Origin: Minisyncoccota bacterium
Lineage (GTDB): Bacteria; Patescibacteriota; Minisyncoccia; Phycocordibacterales; UBA9973
DNA length: 64,000 nt
Reading direction: 5' to 3'
Assembly (NCBI GenBank): GCA_041663005.1
Contig: JBAZRK010000002.1
Span: 205,402 to 269,401 of the forward strand
The notes under the pieces are model-generated. The model saw only the letters and a list, made by a program, of their open reading frames with translations. It was not told where the DNA came from and did not search any database. Positions 28,960-38,582 of this stretch are shown piece after piece. The translations under genes were made by a program, and so were the position numbers. Within the stretch, counting starts at the first letter, position 1, and the number at the start of each line of letters is the position of its first letter.

Positions 28960-29304
28960 TTATTTAACTTCCTGCAAGATTCTTTCAAATGTTTTCGGAT
29001 GGAATTCTGCAAACAAAGAAAGAATTTTTCGGTCAAGCATTATGTTTTTCTTCTTTAGGGCACCGATGAGCTTGGAGTACGAAATTCCTTGTTCACGAGC
29101 TCCGGCGTTAATCTTTATATTCCACAGTTTGCGATTGTGGGACTTCTTGTCCTTGCGGTGAGCAAACGAATAGTTACCGGCGTGCAAAAGCGCGTCCTTT
29201 GCTTGACGTTCCTTAGTGCTGCGACCATGTCGCATACCTTTGGTCTGCTTTAATACGCTCCTTCTCCTTTTTAATGCATGTACTCCTTTCTTTACTCTTG
29301 TCAT
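28960..29304 (-). CDS. rplT: 50S ribosomal protein L20
   Basis: MTRVKKG, RKLWNIKINAG, LDRKILS. Confidence 0.97.
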   Translation of the reverse strand: MTRVKKGVHALKRRRSVLKQTKGMRHGRSTKERQAKDALLHAGNYSFAHRKDKKSHNRKLWNIKINAGAREQGISYSKLIGALKKKNIMLDRKILSLFAEFHPKTFERILQEVK

Positions 29305-29309
29305 TGGTT

Positions 29310-29504
29310 TTAGCTAAATGGTAATAAGTGGCTTTTCGGCTTGTTCTTGATAACGAAGTTTACTCCGCTTTTACCTGCAAGCTGCTTGCTGCGGGATTGT
29401 TTGGCATTGAAATGGTTGAAGCCGGCCTTGCGAGAAAGAACCTTCCCGTTTTTGGTAAGCTTTAATCTTTTGCTGTATGATTTATTTGTCTTCATTCCTT
29501 TCAT
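29310..29504 (-). CDS. rpmI: 50S ribosomal protein L35
   Basis: MKTNKSYSKRLKLTKNGK; lies between infC and rplT. Confidence 0.92.
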   Translation of the reverse strand: MKGMKTNKSYSKRLKLTKNGKVLSRKAGFNHFNAKQSRSKQLAGKSGVNFVIKNKPKSHLLPFS

Positions 29505-29505
29505 A

Positions 29506-30009
29506 TTATTTTTTCTCTATGGTTACTGTTAAGCCTTTTGGACCTCTCTTATATGAGTCCGAAATTTTATAATCCTCAGTAATCAAATGTAGTACCCGGT
29601 CTAACCTTTCTCTTAGGAATTTCTCCTCCATATACTTAGCGCGACCCGAGAGGAAAAGCTCTACCTTGATTCTGTGTCCTTCCTTAATCCAACCTGAAGC
29701 GGTCTTCGCTTTAAGCCCTAAGTCATGGTCGCCGGTGCCTATTTTGATTTGAATGGACTTGGTCTCGGTGCGGTTCGCTCCCGCCTTCGCCTTCTTTAAC
29801 TTTTTATTGGCGTCGTATTGATACTTGCCGAAATCCATTATCTTTGCGACCGGGGGATTGCTTGTGGGGCCTATCTCGATAAGGTCCAGACCTTTGGCCA
29901 TGGCCAACTCTAGGGCATCCTTTATGCTCAAAATTCCGAGATTTTTATTTTCACTGTCCAAAACCCGAAGCTCTTTCGCCCGTATTTGATTGTTTATTCT
30001 TTCTCGCAA
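29506..30009 (-). CDS. infC: Translation initiation factor IF-3 (TTG start)
   Basis: RINNQI, LDLIEI, PPVAKIMDFGKY; an in-frame TAA three codons upstream of the TTG rules out an earlier start. Confidence 0.95.
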   Translation of the reverse strand: MRERINNQIRAKELRVLDSENKNLGILSIKDALELAMAKGLDLIEIGPTSNPPVAKIMDFGKYQYDANKKLKKAKAGANRTETKSIQIKIGTGDHDLGLKAKTASGWIKEGHRIKVELFLSGRAKYMEEKFLRERLDRVLHLITEDYKISDSYKRGPKGLTVTIEKK

Positions 30010-30099
30010 TTGATATTAGATACCATCCAAGTAAAATGGAAGACTTCGAAATAATAGCGTATTTGACACTAAAAGTCAAACTAGTGGTATAATTTAAGC

Positions 30100-30429
30100 A
30101 TGGAAGGAAAAGACGGACATATTCTTTCATTCCACGCCCATAAACACCCTGCTCCAGACCACGATGAGGCAGAGCGCAATTTCGACAATAAGGAAAAAGA
30201 AATAAAAGAAAGGATTGCTATGCTTTTAAGATGGAAAAGTAGCGATGACCCTGATCTGGGAGAATCTGAGCGTGAGGAGTACAAATACCAAGTCGAGAAT
30301 TTCCGAAAGCTTTCTCAAGGGGTAGCCGTAGAGGCTGAAATTAAAGAAAGATACGCTGGGTGGACAAAGGGCGACTTTGTGCGGATTTTGCGTGAAATAG
30401 GAGAAGAGTTTCCTAGAACATTCGAATAA
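30100..30429 (+). CDS. Hypothetical protein
   Basis: 109-aa charged ORF; TG-G-TATAAT 6 nt before the ATG. Confidence 0.65.
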   Translation: MEGKDGHILSFHAHKHPAPDHDEAERNFDNKEKEIKERIAMLLRWKSSDDPDLGESEREEYKYQVENFRKLSQGVAVEAEIKERYAGWTKGDFVRILREIGEEFPRTFE

Positions 30430-30485
30430 GACAGTCTACAAGAGTTGTTGGATGTTTTTGGCATACAAAATGCTAGTATATAAAA

Positions 30486-30935
30486 ATGGCTGCTTATGCT
30501 GAAAACAGAAAAGCGCGCTTTAATTACGAAATCCTCGAAAAATACGAGGGAGGTATTGAGCTTTTGGGTACAGAAGTAAAGTCCGTGCGCAACGGACAGA
30601 TGTCTCTTGAGGGCGCCTTCGTCGTGGTGCGAGGCGGGGAAGCATTCCTCATAAATGCCAACATCCCTCCATATCAAGCCAAAAACGCGGGAGAAGGATA
30701 CGACCCACTACGTAACAGGCGAATCTTGTTGACGAAGAAAGAGATTAAAGAACTCTCAGGGAACGAGAAGAATAAGAGTTTGACAATAGCGCCTATTTCA
30801 GTGTATAATAAAGGAAGAAAAATCAAGGTAGAGATTGCTTTGGTGAAGGGAAAGAAAAAAACAGATAAAAGGCAGACTATTCAAAAAAGAGAAACTGATC
30901 GCGAGGTCAGGAGAGAGTACAAAAGAGGTTCGTAA
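30486..30935 (+). CDS. smpB: SsrA-binding protein
   Basis: NRKARFNY, GTEVKSVR, KGKK, DKR. Confidence 0.97.
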   Translation: MAAYAENRKARFNYEILEKYEGGIELLGTEVKSVRNGQMSLEGAFVVVRGGEAFLINANIPPYQAKNAGEGYDPLRNRRILLTKKEIKELSGNEKNKSLTIAPISVYNKGRKIKVEIALVKGKKKTDKRQTIQKRETDREVRREYKRGS

Positions 30936-30955
30936 GAACATTGATAAGAAAATAT

Positions 30956-31353
30956 GGGGATGCAAGGCATAGACAGTTGGCTCATTGTCATCGATGCATG
31001 TCGAGAATGAACGTAATCTCGTGAAAATTCGTTCAATAGCTTAATTGCAAAATTAGCTTCCAAAACTAAAGCTGTTGTTTCTTCATACTTTAGTATGAAG
31101 GACTTTGTTTTAGTTCCAGCTTTCGCGTAAGCCAAGGTTGGCGTCTCTCTTATAGACTTCCGATATATAAGCTGAGGTGTAATATTATCGGGATAGGGGA
31201 AAGAATGTCTCGGTTTTCTCCCGAAACAAAGAGACTCGGTTAAAAAATATTTGGCACGCTTCATAATTTTTTAATCTAAACCAAAAAGCGCGATAAACAT
31301 GTAGACTTCCTTACAAAAACCTTCTGCACGGGGATTCGATTTCCCCCATCTCC
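30956..31353 (+). ncRNA. ssrA: tmRNA
   Basis: 5' GGGGATG pairs with 3' CATCTCC-A (G3-U70 Ala determinant); T-loop TTCGATT; tag frame 31047-31130 AKLASKTKAVVSSYFSMKDFVLVPAFA*; directly after smpB. Confidence 0.92.
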
Positions 31354-31414
31354 ACACATTTTAATTTTAAAACATGAGCTTAACCTTTCATGGATTTTGT
31401 GCTACCATAGTCAC

Positions 31415-33340
31415 ATGGATTTTAATTTTCTAAATCAAAAAGAAGAGCCAGGAAAGAAGAAAAGAGCACCCAAACAAACGAAATTTGCCGGGAACATTTT
31501 AGGGGCGATTATTTTCTTTATGCTCATTACGGCGCTCTATTTAGTAGTTTCGGGTGGAGACAAACCTAAACCCGAGGTTGCCATCTCTGAATTGGCGCAG
31601 GGGGTAGTCTCTGGGGAAGTAACTAGTATTTTAGTTGAGGGAGATAAGCTTACTGTTACCTACAAGGATGGCGCAGTAAAAACTTCAAAAAAAGAATCAG
31701 ACGCATCGCTTTCACAAACATTAGCTAACTATGGCGTCACCAGCGAGGCGCTCGGAGCGACCGAGATACAAATAAAGAGTGAGAGTGGATTTATGTTTTG
31801 GTTTGTTAATATTTTGCCGTTTCTCCTGCCGGTAGTTTTCATTCTGCTTTTCTTTTGGTACTTGTCTCGACAGGTGAAAGGGGCTGGGATGCAAGCATTT
31901 ACCTTCGGACAATCCAAGGCTCGCATTACCGATCCGAACGACAAGAACAACAGAGTTACATTCAAAGACGTTGCCGGTTGCAAAGAAGCCAAAGAAGAGC
32001 TGAAAGAAATTGTAGATTTCTTAAAAAGTCCGAAAAAGTTTTTAGACATTGGCGCCCGGATTCCAAAAGGCGTTATGCTTACAGGTTCTCCTGGAACAGG
32101 GAAGACCTTGCTAGCCAGGGCCGTAGCCGGGGAAGCTTCTGTGCCGTTTTTTCATTTGTCTGGTAGTGAATTCGTAGAGATGTTCGTGGGGGTTGGAGCG
32201 TCTCGGGTGAGGGATTTGTTTAAAATGGCCAAGCGTGCAGCTCCAGCAATAATTTTCGTAGATGAAATAGATGCTATTGGACGTACTCGAGGAGGAGGTT
32301 TCGGTGGAGGCAATGACGAGCGTGAACAAACATTAAACCAGATATTGGTGGAGATGGATGGTTTTGAGCCGAACGATAAAGTCATAGTTATGGCAGCAAC
32401 CAACAGACCCGATGTGCTCGATCCAGCTCTCATTCGCCCGGGACGTTTTGATAGAAAAGTAATGCTTGATCTTCCTGATCGGGCGGATCGTGAAGAAATA
32501 TTAAAAATTCATGCAGTAAAGAAACCTCTCGCTGAAGATATAAATCTCAAACTAATTGCTGAGCGTACACCAGGATTTTCTGGCGCAGATTTATATTCAT
32601 TAATGAACGAAGGCGCGATTCTCGCCGCGCGAGAAAACAGGAAAAAAGTTTTCCAATTTGATTTAATCCGCGCCATTGAGAAAGTCATGCTCGGGCCCGA
32701 GAGAAAGAGCCACTTGCTTTCTAAGAAAGAAAAAGAAATTACCGCGTATCACGAAGCAGGGCATGCGATAGTTGCGTCAGTTCTTCCGCATGCAGATCCG
32801 GTGCACAAAGTTTCTATTATCTCCCGAGGCAATGCCGGCGGGTATACTCTGAAACTTCCACTCGAAGAAAAAAGATTACAATCCAAAAAAGAATTCATTG
32901 ATGACATTGCTATGTCTCTCGGTGGATATGTCGCTGAGCAGATGATGTTCGGGGATATTACTACAGGCCCCTCAAGTGATTTACAAGTAGCCACAAATAT
33001 CGCCCGAGCCATGGTGACCCGATGGGGGATGTCCGAGCTCATCGGTCCGATAGCATTGACCGAATCTCCCGGGCGCGTGCAATACGGTGAAATTCCAGAA
33101 AAAGAATTTTCAGAAAATGTAGCCACAAAGGTGGACGGTGAAGTATCGCGCATAATAAATGACGGAATGAAGTCTGCGGAGAAGGTTATTACGGAAAACA
33201 AGAAGGCCTTTACTGCCATTGCCGAGAAATTGATTGAAGTAGAAACGATAGAGCAAGAAGAATATGAAAAAATTCTCGTAGCGCACGGAATATTGTTAAA
33301 AAAGAAAGACATCGTCGCTCCTGTCGAGGGGATTAAATAA
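31415..33340 (+). CDS. ftsH: ATP-dependent zinc metalloprotease FtsH
   Basis: Two TM segments, [25 protein letters not shown]; ATG 31415. Confidence 0.98.
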   Translation: MDFNFLNQKEEPGKKKRAPKQTKFAGNILGAIIFFMLITALYLVVSGGDKPKPEVAISELAQGVVSGEVTSILVEGDKLTVTYKDGAVKTSKKESDASLSQTLANYGVTSEALGATEIQIKSESGFMFWFVNILPFLLPVVFILLFFWYLSRQVKGAGMQAFTFGQSKARITDPNDKNNRVTFKDVAGCKEAKEELKEIVDFLKSPKKFLDIGARIPKGVMLTGSPGTGKTLLARAVAGEASVPFFHLSGSEFVEMFVGVGASRVRDLFKMAKRAAPAIIFVDEIDAIGRTRGGGFGGGNDEREQTLNQILVEMDGFEPNDKVIVMAATNRPDVLDPALIRPGRFDRKVMLDLPDRADREEILKIHAVKKPLAEDINLKLIAERTPGFSGADLYSLMNEGAILAARENRKKVFQFDLIRAIEKVMLGPERKSHLLSKKEKEITAYHEAGHAIVASVLPHADPVHKVSIISRGNAGGYTLKLPLEEKRLQSKKEFIDDIAMSLGGYVAEQMMFGDITTGPSSDLQVATNIARAMVTRWGMSELIGPIALTESPGRVQYGEIPEKEFSENVATKVDGEVSRIINDGMKSAEKVITENKKAFTAIAEKLIEVETIEQEEYEKILVAHGILLKKKDIVAPVEGIK

Positions 33341-33388
33341 TTTTTTCCGGTTGTTTTTGACCTGGAAATGGTATATTCTACCCTTAAC

Positions 33389-33462
33389 CCGTCCTTAGCT
33401 CAGTTGGTTAGAGCACAGAGCTTATACCTCTGGGGTCCTTGGTTCGAATCCAAGAGGACGGA
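33389..33462 (+). tRNA. tRNA-Ile with UAU anticodon
   Basis: Acceptor CCGTCCT/AGGACGG-A; anticodon arm CAGAG-CT TAT AC-CTCTG; T-arm CTTGG-TTCGAAT-CCAAG; CCA not encoded. Confidence 0.92.
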
Positions 33463-33626
33463 CACTAAAAATCTAAAAAATTTACCTCGTACGGGCTTGT
33501 AGTTGCTCGATTTTACAGAGTGTCTCTTGTTTTATTTTTTCTCCTGTTTTCTTTTGCAAAGTTTTCCAAAAAACAGTGGTTTTCCACTTTACATTGAGGG
33601 GCTAACTGCGTGATAATGATAGTCCA

Positions 33627-34175
33627 ATGATCGACAAGATAAACAAGACAGGTAAATTTTTTCTCCTAGCAATCTTCTGTACTATAGTGCGACTCTTGCC
33701 TTTCCGAGCGCCTAATGTAGAGCCAATTTTAGCCTCAGTGATGCCCTTAAGTGGAGTGTATGGAGCGCTAGCGGGGTTTTCTTTTGGAACATTTAGCGTG
33801 CTGCTCTACGATATTATTACCGGAACCTTCGGAGTGCATACATTTTTCACCGCAGGAGCATATGGAGTGCTTGGAATCTTGGCGGCGAGCTATTTCGAGC
33901 ACAAGGAAGCCAATATTTCAAACTACGTACGTTTTTCAATAATCGGAACTCTGTTTTTCGACGTTATTACCGGGTTGGTAGTTGGTCCAGCATTCTTTCA
34001 CCAGCCTTTTCTTGCCGCGCTTTCCGGACAAATACCTTTCACTCTATTTCATCTCGTAGGCAACGTTGCCTTTGCAGTTACTTTAAGCCCAGTTATTCAT
34101 CATCTTCTAATTAAAAAGAGAAAGCCCAGTTCGGCCGCCGCTCTTATCGACACATTTAATCCTAAAGTAATTTAA
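33627..34175 (+). CDS. ECF transporter S-component, probably cobalamin-specific
   Basis: RLLPFRAPNVEPI N-terminal motif, about 6 TM segments, PFTLFHLVGN; adjacent to nrdJ. Confidence 0.7.
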   Translation: MIDKINKTGKFFLLAIFCTIVRLLPFRAPNVEPILASVMPLSGVYGALAGFSFGTFSVLLYDIITGTFGVHTFFTAGAYGVLGILAASYFEHKEANISNYVRFSIIGTLFFDVITGLVVGPAFFHQPFLAALSGQIPFTLFHLVGNVAFAVTLSPVIHHLLIKKRKPSSAAALIDTFNPKVI

Positions 34176-34181
34176 AAATCC

Positions 34182-36476
34182 ATGAAACCAACAGAAAAAA
34201 TTTCAAAAAGCGACTTAGCAAAAATAAAAACAATTCGACGCCGCAGCGGCGAGGTGGTGCCCTTCGACCTCGAGAGGGTTGCTACTGCCGTTTTCAAGGC
34301 CTTTGAAGTTACCGGGGAGGGTGGACAGCAAGCTTCGGAGAAAATTGCCAACAACGTTTTCAAAAATTTATTGAAATTGCACGATGACCTGGTAAAGGAA
34401 AACAAAAGTGCAAAATTTTTACCTACAGTGGAGTTGGTGCAAGATTTTGTTGAAAAAGAATTGATGAATGACGGATTCACCGACACCGCCAAGAAATATA
34501 TTTTATACAGAAACAAACGTTCCGAACTTCGTGCCACTTTCGGACCTGTTTCCGAAGAAGTTCGAAAGGCTGTCGAAGAATCTAGCAAATATTTTTCTAG
34601 CGCTTACTCTGAATATATTTTCTACCAATTTTATTCGCGTTGGGTTCCTGAGCTCGGCCGACGAGAAACATGGGTAGAGACTATCGACAGATATATGGCG
34701 TACATGAAAGAGAACCTCGGCAACAAGCTTACCGGGAAGGATTACGAAGACTTGCGCCAAGGCATCCTAAATCAAGACGTATGTCCTTCTATGAGGCTTC
34801 TTTGGTCCTCTGGCAAGGCCTGCCGACAGTCTAATGTATGGGCCTATAACTGCTCATACATTGCCCCTACCTGCACCCAGGACCTGGGAGAAATAATGTA
34901 TATATCTATGTGCGGAGCGGGTCTAGGCTTTGCCGTGGAATGGGAAAATGTTCAGCAATTTCCTCAGATAAAGAAGCAGACGGGAGGCAAACCTCTTACT
35001 CACGTAGTAGTAGACAGTAAGGAAGGCTGGGCGGACGCATTTGTGATGGGTCTCGACGCTTGGTTCGGAGGTAAAGACATAAAATTTGATTACTCACAAA
35101 TCAGGCCAGCCGGTGCGCGCCTTGAAACAGCCGGAGGTAAAGCTTCGGGGCCGCAGCCACTGATGGACCTTATGGAATTCGCTAAGAGGAAAATTTTAGC
35201 AAAACAAGGACGCCGACTCTCGAACATCGATATGCATGACGTCATCTGCCAAATCGGAATGATTGTCGTGGCTGGAGGAGTACGCCGCAGCGCCCTCATC
35301 TCTCTGTCAGAGTTAGAAGACACCGAAATGCGAGACGCAAAAAAGGGACAATTTTATTTGACTGAAGAACAACGCTCGATGGCTAACAACTCCGCTGTTT
35401 ACAATGCCAAGCCTTCAGCTGAAGAATTCTTGGATGAATGGACAGCGCTAGTGAAATCGAAATCTGGTGAACGAGGAATTTTCAACCGTGCCGGATTAGA
35501 AAAACAAGTTCCAGCTCGCAGGTGGGAAGCAATCAAAGACGAAAGACAAATGGGATTAAATCCATGCGGAGAAATTTATCTTCGCTCAAAACAATTCTGC
35601 AACCTTACTTCTATAGTTGTGCGTCCCAAGGATACAGTAGAGACGCTAAAAAGAAAAATGGAACTGGCTACAATCTTGGGAACGTATCAGTCTACGCTTA
35701 CCAACTTCGGATACCTGTCCAAGAAGTGGAAAGAAAATTGTGAAGAGGAAAGATTACTCGGAGTTTCTCTCACTGGCTACTACGACAACCCAGTCATAAG
35801 AAATGATAAAGTTCTCGACACACTTAAGGCTGTGGGCGTAGAAGTAAACAAGAAGTACGCCAAGAAGCTCGGCATCAATGCTTCCACTGCTATCACCTGC
35901 GTTAAACCTCACGGAAATTCCGGACAGCTCTTGGGTGTAGGAAGCGGAATGCATCCATGGTTCGCTCCTTACTTCATCCGCCGAGTACGAATTTCTCACA
36001 CCGACACATTGCTCAAGATGGCTCGAGACCAGGGAGTGCCTTGCGTACCTGAAGTAGGACAAGCAGAAGCTACAGCTACAACCTTCGTCCTTGAATTCCC
36101 TGTAAAGGCGCCGGCCGGAGCAATCTTTAAAGATGAAGTGAAGGCTCTCGACTTAATGAAAGAATGGAAGAGACTCAAGGAGCATTTCGTAGAGCACAAC
36201 CCTTCAGCAACTATCTACGTGGGCCCCGATGAGTGGATTGCGGTAGGCAACTTTGTCTACGAGAACTGGGACTGGATAGGAGGGCTATCTTTCTTGCCTC
36301 GCTCAGAACACGTGTACCAGCTTGCTCCATATGAAGCTATAACTAAAGAAGAATACGAAAAGAGAACCAAGGCTATCGGTAAAATCGATTTCTCCAAGCT
36401 TTCTCAATACGAAGCTGTAGACAATACCACCGGAGCCAAAGAATTCGCTTGTGTGTCTGGCGTCTGCGAAATATAG
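34182..36476 (+). CDS. nrdJ: Class II (adenosylcobalamin-dependent) ribonucleotide reductase with an N-terminal ATP-cone
   Basis: ATP-cone IRRRSGEVVPFD; RRETW, YNC, GGVRRSA, NPCGEI, FCNL, TCVKP, C-terminal CVSGVCEI. Confidence 0.93.
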   Translation: MKPTEKISKSDLAKIKTIRRRSGEVVPFDLERVATAVFKAFEVTGEGGQQASEKIANNVFKNLLKLHDDLVKENKSAKFLPTVELVQDFVEKELMNDGFTDTAKKYILYRNKRSELRATFGPVSEEVRKAVEESSKYFSSAYSEYIFYQFYSRWVPELGRRETWVETIDRYMAYMKENLGNKLTGKDYEDLRQGILNQDVCPSMRLLWSSGKACRQSNVWAYNCSYIAPTCTQDLGEIMYISMCGAGLGFAVEWENVQQFPQIKKQTGGKPLTHVVVDSKEGWADAFVMGLDAWFGGKDIKFDYSQIRPAGARLETAGGKASGPQPLMDLMEFAKRKILAKQGRRLSNIDMHDVICQIGMIVVAGGVRRSALISLSELEDTEMRDAKKGQFYLTEEQRSMANNSAVYNAKPSAEEFLDEWTALVKSKSGERGIFNRAGLEKQVPARRWEAIKDERQMGLNPCGEIYLRSKQFCNLTSIVVRPKDTVETLKRKMELATILGTYQSTLTNFGYLSKKWKENCEEERLLGVSLTGYYDNPVIRNDKVLDTLKAVGVEVNKKYAKKLGINASTAITCVKPHGNSGQLLGVGSGMHPWFAPYFIRRVRISHTDTLLKMARDQGVPCVPEVGQAEATATTFVLEFPVKAPAGAIFKDEVKALDLMKEWKRLKEHFVEHNPSATIYVGPDEWIAVGNFVYENWDWIGGLSFLPRSEHVYQLAPYEAITKEEYEKRTKAIGKIDFSKLSQYEAVDNTTGAKEFACVSGVCEI

Positions 36477-36508
36477 CTCTAGCTCTAAAATAGGAGTAAA
36501 ATAAAAGT

Positions 36509-36607
36509 ATGCTCTACACAAGAAAAGGGGACGGCGGCACCACCAAGACTTTTGGTTGCAATAGTATTAGAATATATACATGTCATTTTTATTGCAGGTT
36601 GCGATAA
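36509..36607 (+). pseudogene. Truncated 5' duplicate of pduO (17 codons, then an unrelated frame)
   Basis: 36509-36559 encodes MLYTRKGDGGTTKTFGC, identical in protein to 38024-38074 (45/51 nt); frame ends at TAA 36605-36607. Confidence 0.85.
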
Positions 36608-38007
36608 TATTTAGCCTATATTTATTTATAAGAGTAACTATTAGTTTACTTCTTAAATTTCGTATTTTTGTAAAAAATTGGTTTTTTCAAGGAGTAATTT
36701 TCAGTGTAGGTTTTTATTTTTTTGTAAGTATTTTATATAAGTGGTTGTACCACTTAACAGGACCAGCCTCTTTTGAGACATACAATTCTTATCCGTTCCT
36801 GTTTAGCGCTGTGTCCGGATTCGGTTTACTTCTAGGCATTGACGCATTTACCGCCTTTTTTTGTTCCGTAATTTTTTTTGAAAGTTATAAGCATGTAACC
36901 CCTAAAACATTTTCTTCTAAATGGTTTGTATTTATACCTAACCTTATTTATCTAATCCTCACTTTTATCTTCATAAGAATGGAAGGCTCTGGCGAAGCCG
37001 CGGGCTGGGGGATAATAGGCTTGATTTTTACTCTGCCCCTCGCGATTCTTTTTCCGATGGTTTGGATATTTTTCAGCGAAAAATCTGAAATTAAAGTTCA
37101 GTCTGTTGAAAAGGCAAATGAACCAGCGAATACCCAGCACCAGATTCATTGGTGGTGGCTTGTAGTTGTGCTTGCGTCATTTATAGCTGTCTTGGTTTGG
37201 CAAGAAATATCCATTAATCGTGCCGTTAACCAGAGTCAACAATACGACGCTGATGCGGTTAAAAGATTTCAGGAAGAACAAAATAAAATTGATTTATATG
37301 AAAGTCAACCTCCGTCGCCCAACCCGATATTTGATAATGCCATTAAAAAAGCCAGATATGCGCTGGCGGAGCATTTAGATGTACATGAATCTGCTGATGA
37401 TATATCTATAAAATCTTATACGCTTAAATCACCAGAAGAATGGATGTATTTTCAGTTCTGTAAAGAATTTTCTTTGGGCTACGTATTATTCCAAAATTTT
37501 CCTAGTGGGCAAAAAATTTCCACCGAAGGAAACAGTAAAGTTTTATCTTCGCGCCAAATAATTCTAACAGCAGAAAACAAGCTTCCTGCTTTAATATCTG
37601 TTCCCGTACATATTGCTTCACCTGTTCCTACCACCTTATCCTTTGATTACCAGTGGAGCGGGAATGAGAGGACCGAGCTAGATATTCTTGTTAATGGAAA
37701 CCGTGTAAATTGGGCCTATTTACTTACGCCTAGCCTAGGTAGTAAAGGATTTGCCAGAGGTATTTATTTAGCAAACCAATTTTATGAAACTAAGCCAGGC
37801 TGGAATACCTTTACTTTTAAATTGTCTCCATATGTAAATGGCACGGCCACAATATCTAATGTTGAGTTAGTGGATGATGGGTTGATACCTGGGTGTACCA
37901 CCAGCCGAAGCGAATATAGGCAAGTCGTATATACCTATAATAATATCGATTACTATTATTTGTTTGATAGTACTGGAAATTATTTCCGAATGGGTGATTA
38001 TAGATAA
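36580..38007 (+). CDS. Hypothetical protein with a multi-pass membrane N-terminus and a probable extracellular beta-rich C-terminus
   Basis: About 6 hydrophobic segments then a soluble domain; AT-rich; lies between the two pduO 5' ends. Confidence 0.75.
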   Translation: MSFLLQVAIIFSLYLFIRVTISLLLKFRIFVKNWFFQGVIFSVGFYFFVSILYKWLYHLTGPASFETYNSYPFLFSAVSGFGLLLGIDAFTAFFCSVIFFESYKHVTPKTFSSKWFVFIPNLIYLILTFIFIRMEGSGEAAGWGIIGLIFTLPLAILFPMVWIFFSEKSEIKVQSVEKANEPANTQHQIHWWWLVVVLASFIAVLVWQEISINRAVNQSQQYDADAVKRFQEEQNKIDLYESQPPSPNPIFDNAIKKARYALAEHLDVHESADDISIKSYTLKSPEEWMYFQFCKEFSLGYVLFQNFPSGQKISTEGNSKVLSSRQIILTAENKLPALISVPVHIASPVPTTLSFDYQWSGNERTELDILVNGNRVNWAYLLTPSLGSKGFARGIYLANQFYETKPGWNTFTFKLSPYVNGTATISNVELVDDGLIPGCTTSRSEYRQVVYTYNNIDYYYLFDSTGNYFRMGDYR

Positions 38008-38023
38008 TTAACAAAAAACTTTT

Positions 38024-38581
38024 ATGCTCTACACGAGAAAAGGGGATGGCGGTACCACGAAGACTTTCGGATGCGATCAGCGCATTTCTAAGAGCTCGCT
38101 CGTAGCTGAAGCTCTGGGCTCGCTTGATGAAGCGAATTCTTTTCTTGGGGTAGCTCGAGCCCGCTCAACACGAAGGACGTTTAAAATTGGCGCTGAAGAA
38201 TTAAAATTCTCCGAGCTTGTTTTAGAAGTTCAGCAGAATTTATTTATTGTGCAGGCGGAAGTGGCGGGGTCTACCTTGTCTATTGATAAAGAAAAAGTTT
38301 CTAGGGTTGAGCACATAGTAGATGAAATAGAAAAAGTTCTTCCGCCCATAAGTAGTTTCTTCATTAGTGGTTCAACGGAATTGTCGGCGACTTTTGATTT
38401 CGCACGCACATTAGCCCGCCGAGCCGAGAGGAGAGTGGTGGCAGCAAAAGAAGAAGGGAAAATTACCGTGAGCGACAACACAATGTCGTACCTAAATAGA
38501 CTATCGAGTTTGTTGTATGCGCTGGCAAGAATTTCGAGCCACATAGATGGAGTCGAAGAACCCAAGCCCACATATAAATAA
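38024..38581 (+). CDS. pduO: ATP:cob(I)alamin adenosyltransferase, PduO-type
   Basis: YTRKGDGGTT, GSLDEANS, RTLARRAER, YLNRLS. Confidence 0.93.
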   Translation: MLYTRKGDGGTTKTFGCDQRISKSSLVAEALGSLDEANSFLGVARARSTRRTFKIGAEELKFSELVLEVQQNLFIVQAEVAGSTLSIDKEKVSRVEHIVDEIEKVLPPISSFFISGSTELSATFDFARTLARRAERRVVAAKEEGKITVSDNTMSYLNRLSSLLYALARISSHIDGVEEPKPTYK

Positions 38582-38582
38582 T

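Noticed and set aside
30881-31264. 127-aa minus-strand ORF
   Set aside because: Antisense to the tmRNA.
33463-33626. Cobalamin riboswitch or NrdR box upstream of the B12 module
   Set aside because: No B12-box or NrdR consensus recognisable; a -10-like box sits close to the ATG.
34182-36476. Intein or intron in nrdJ
   Set aside because: Length and motif spacing look normal; no splice-junction motifs.
36509-38074. Diversity-generating retroelement TR/VR pair
   Set aside because: The differences are synonymous and not adenine-specific, and there is no reverse transcriptase in the window.
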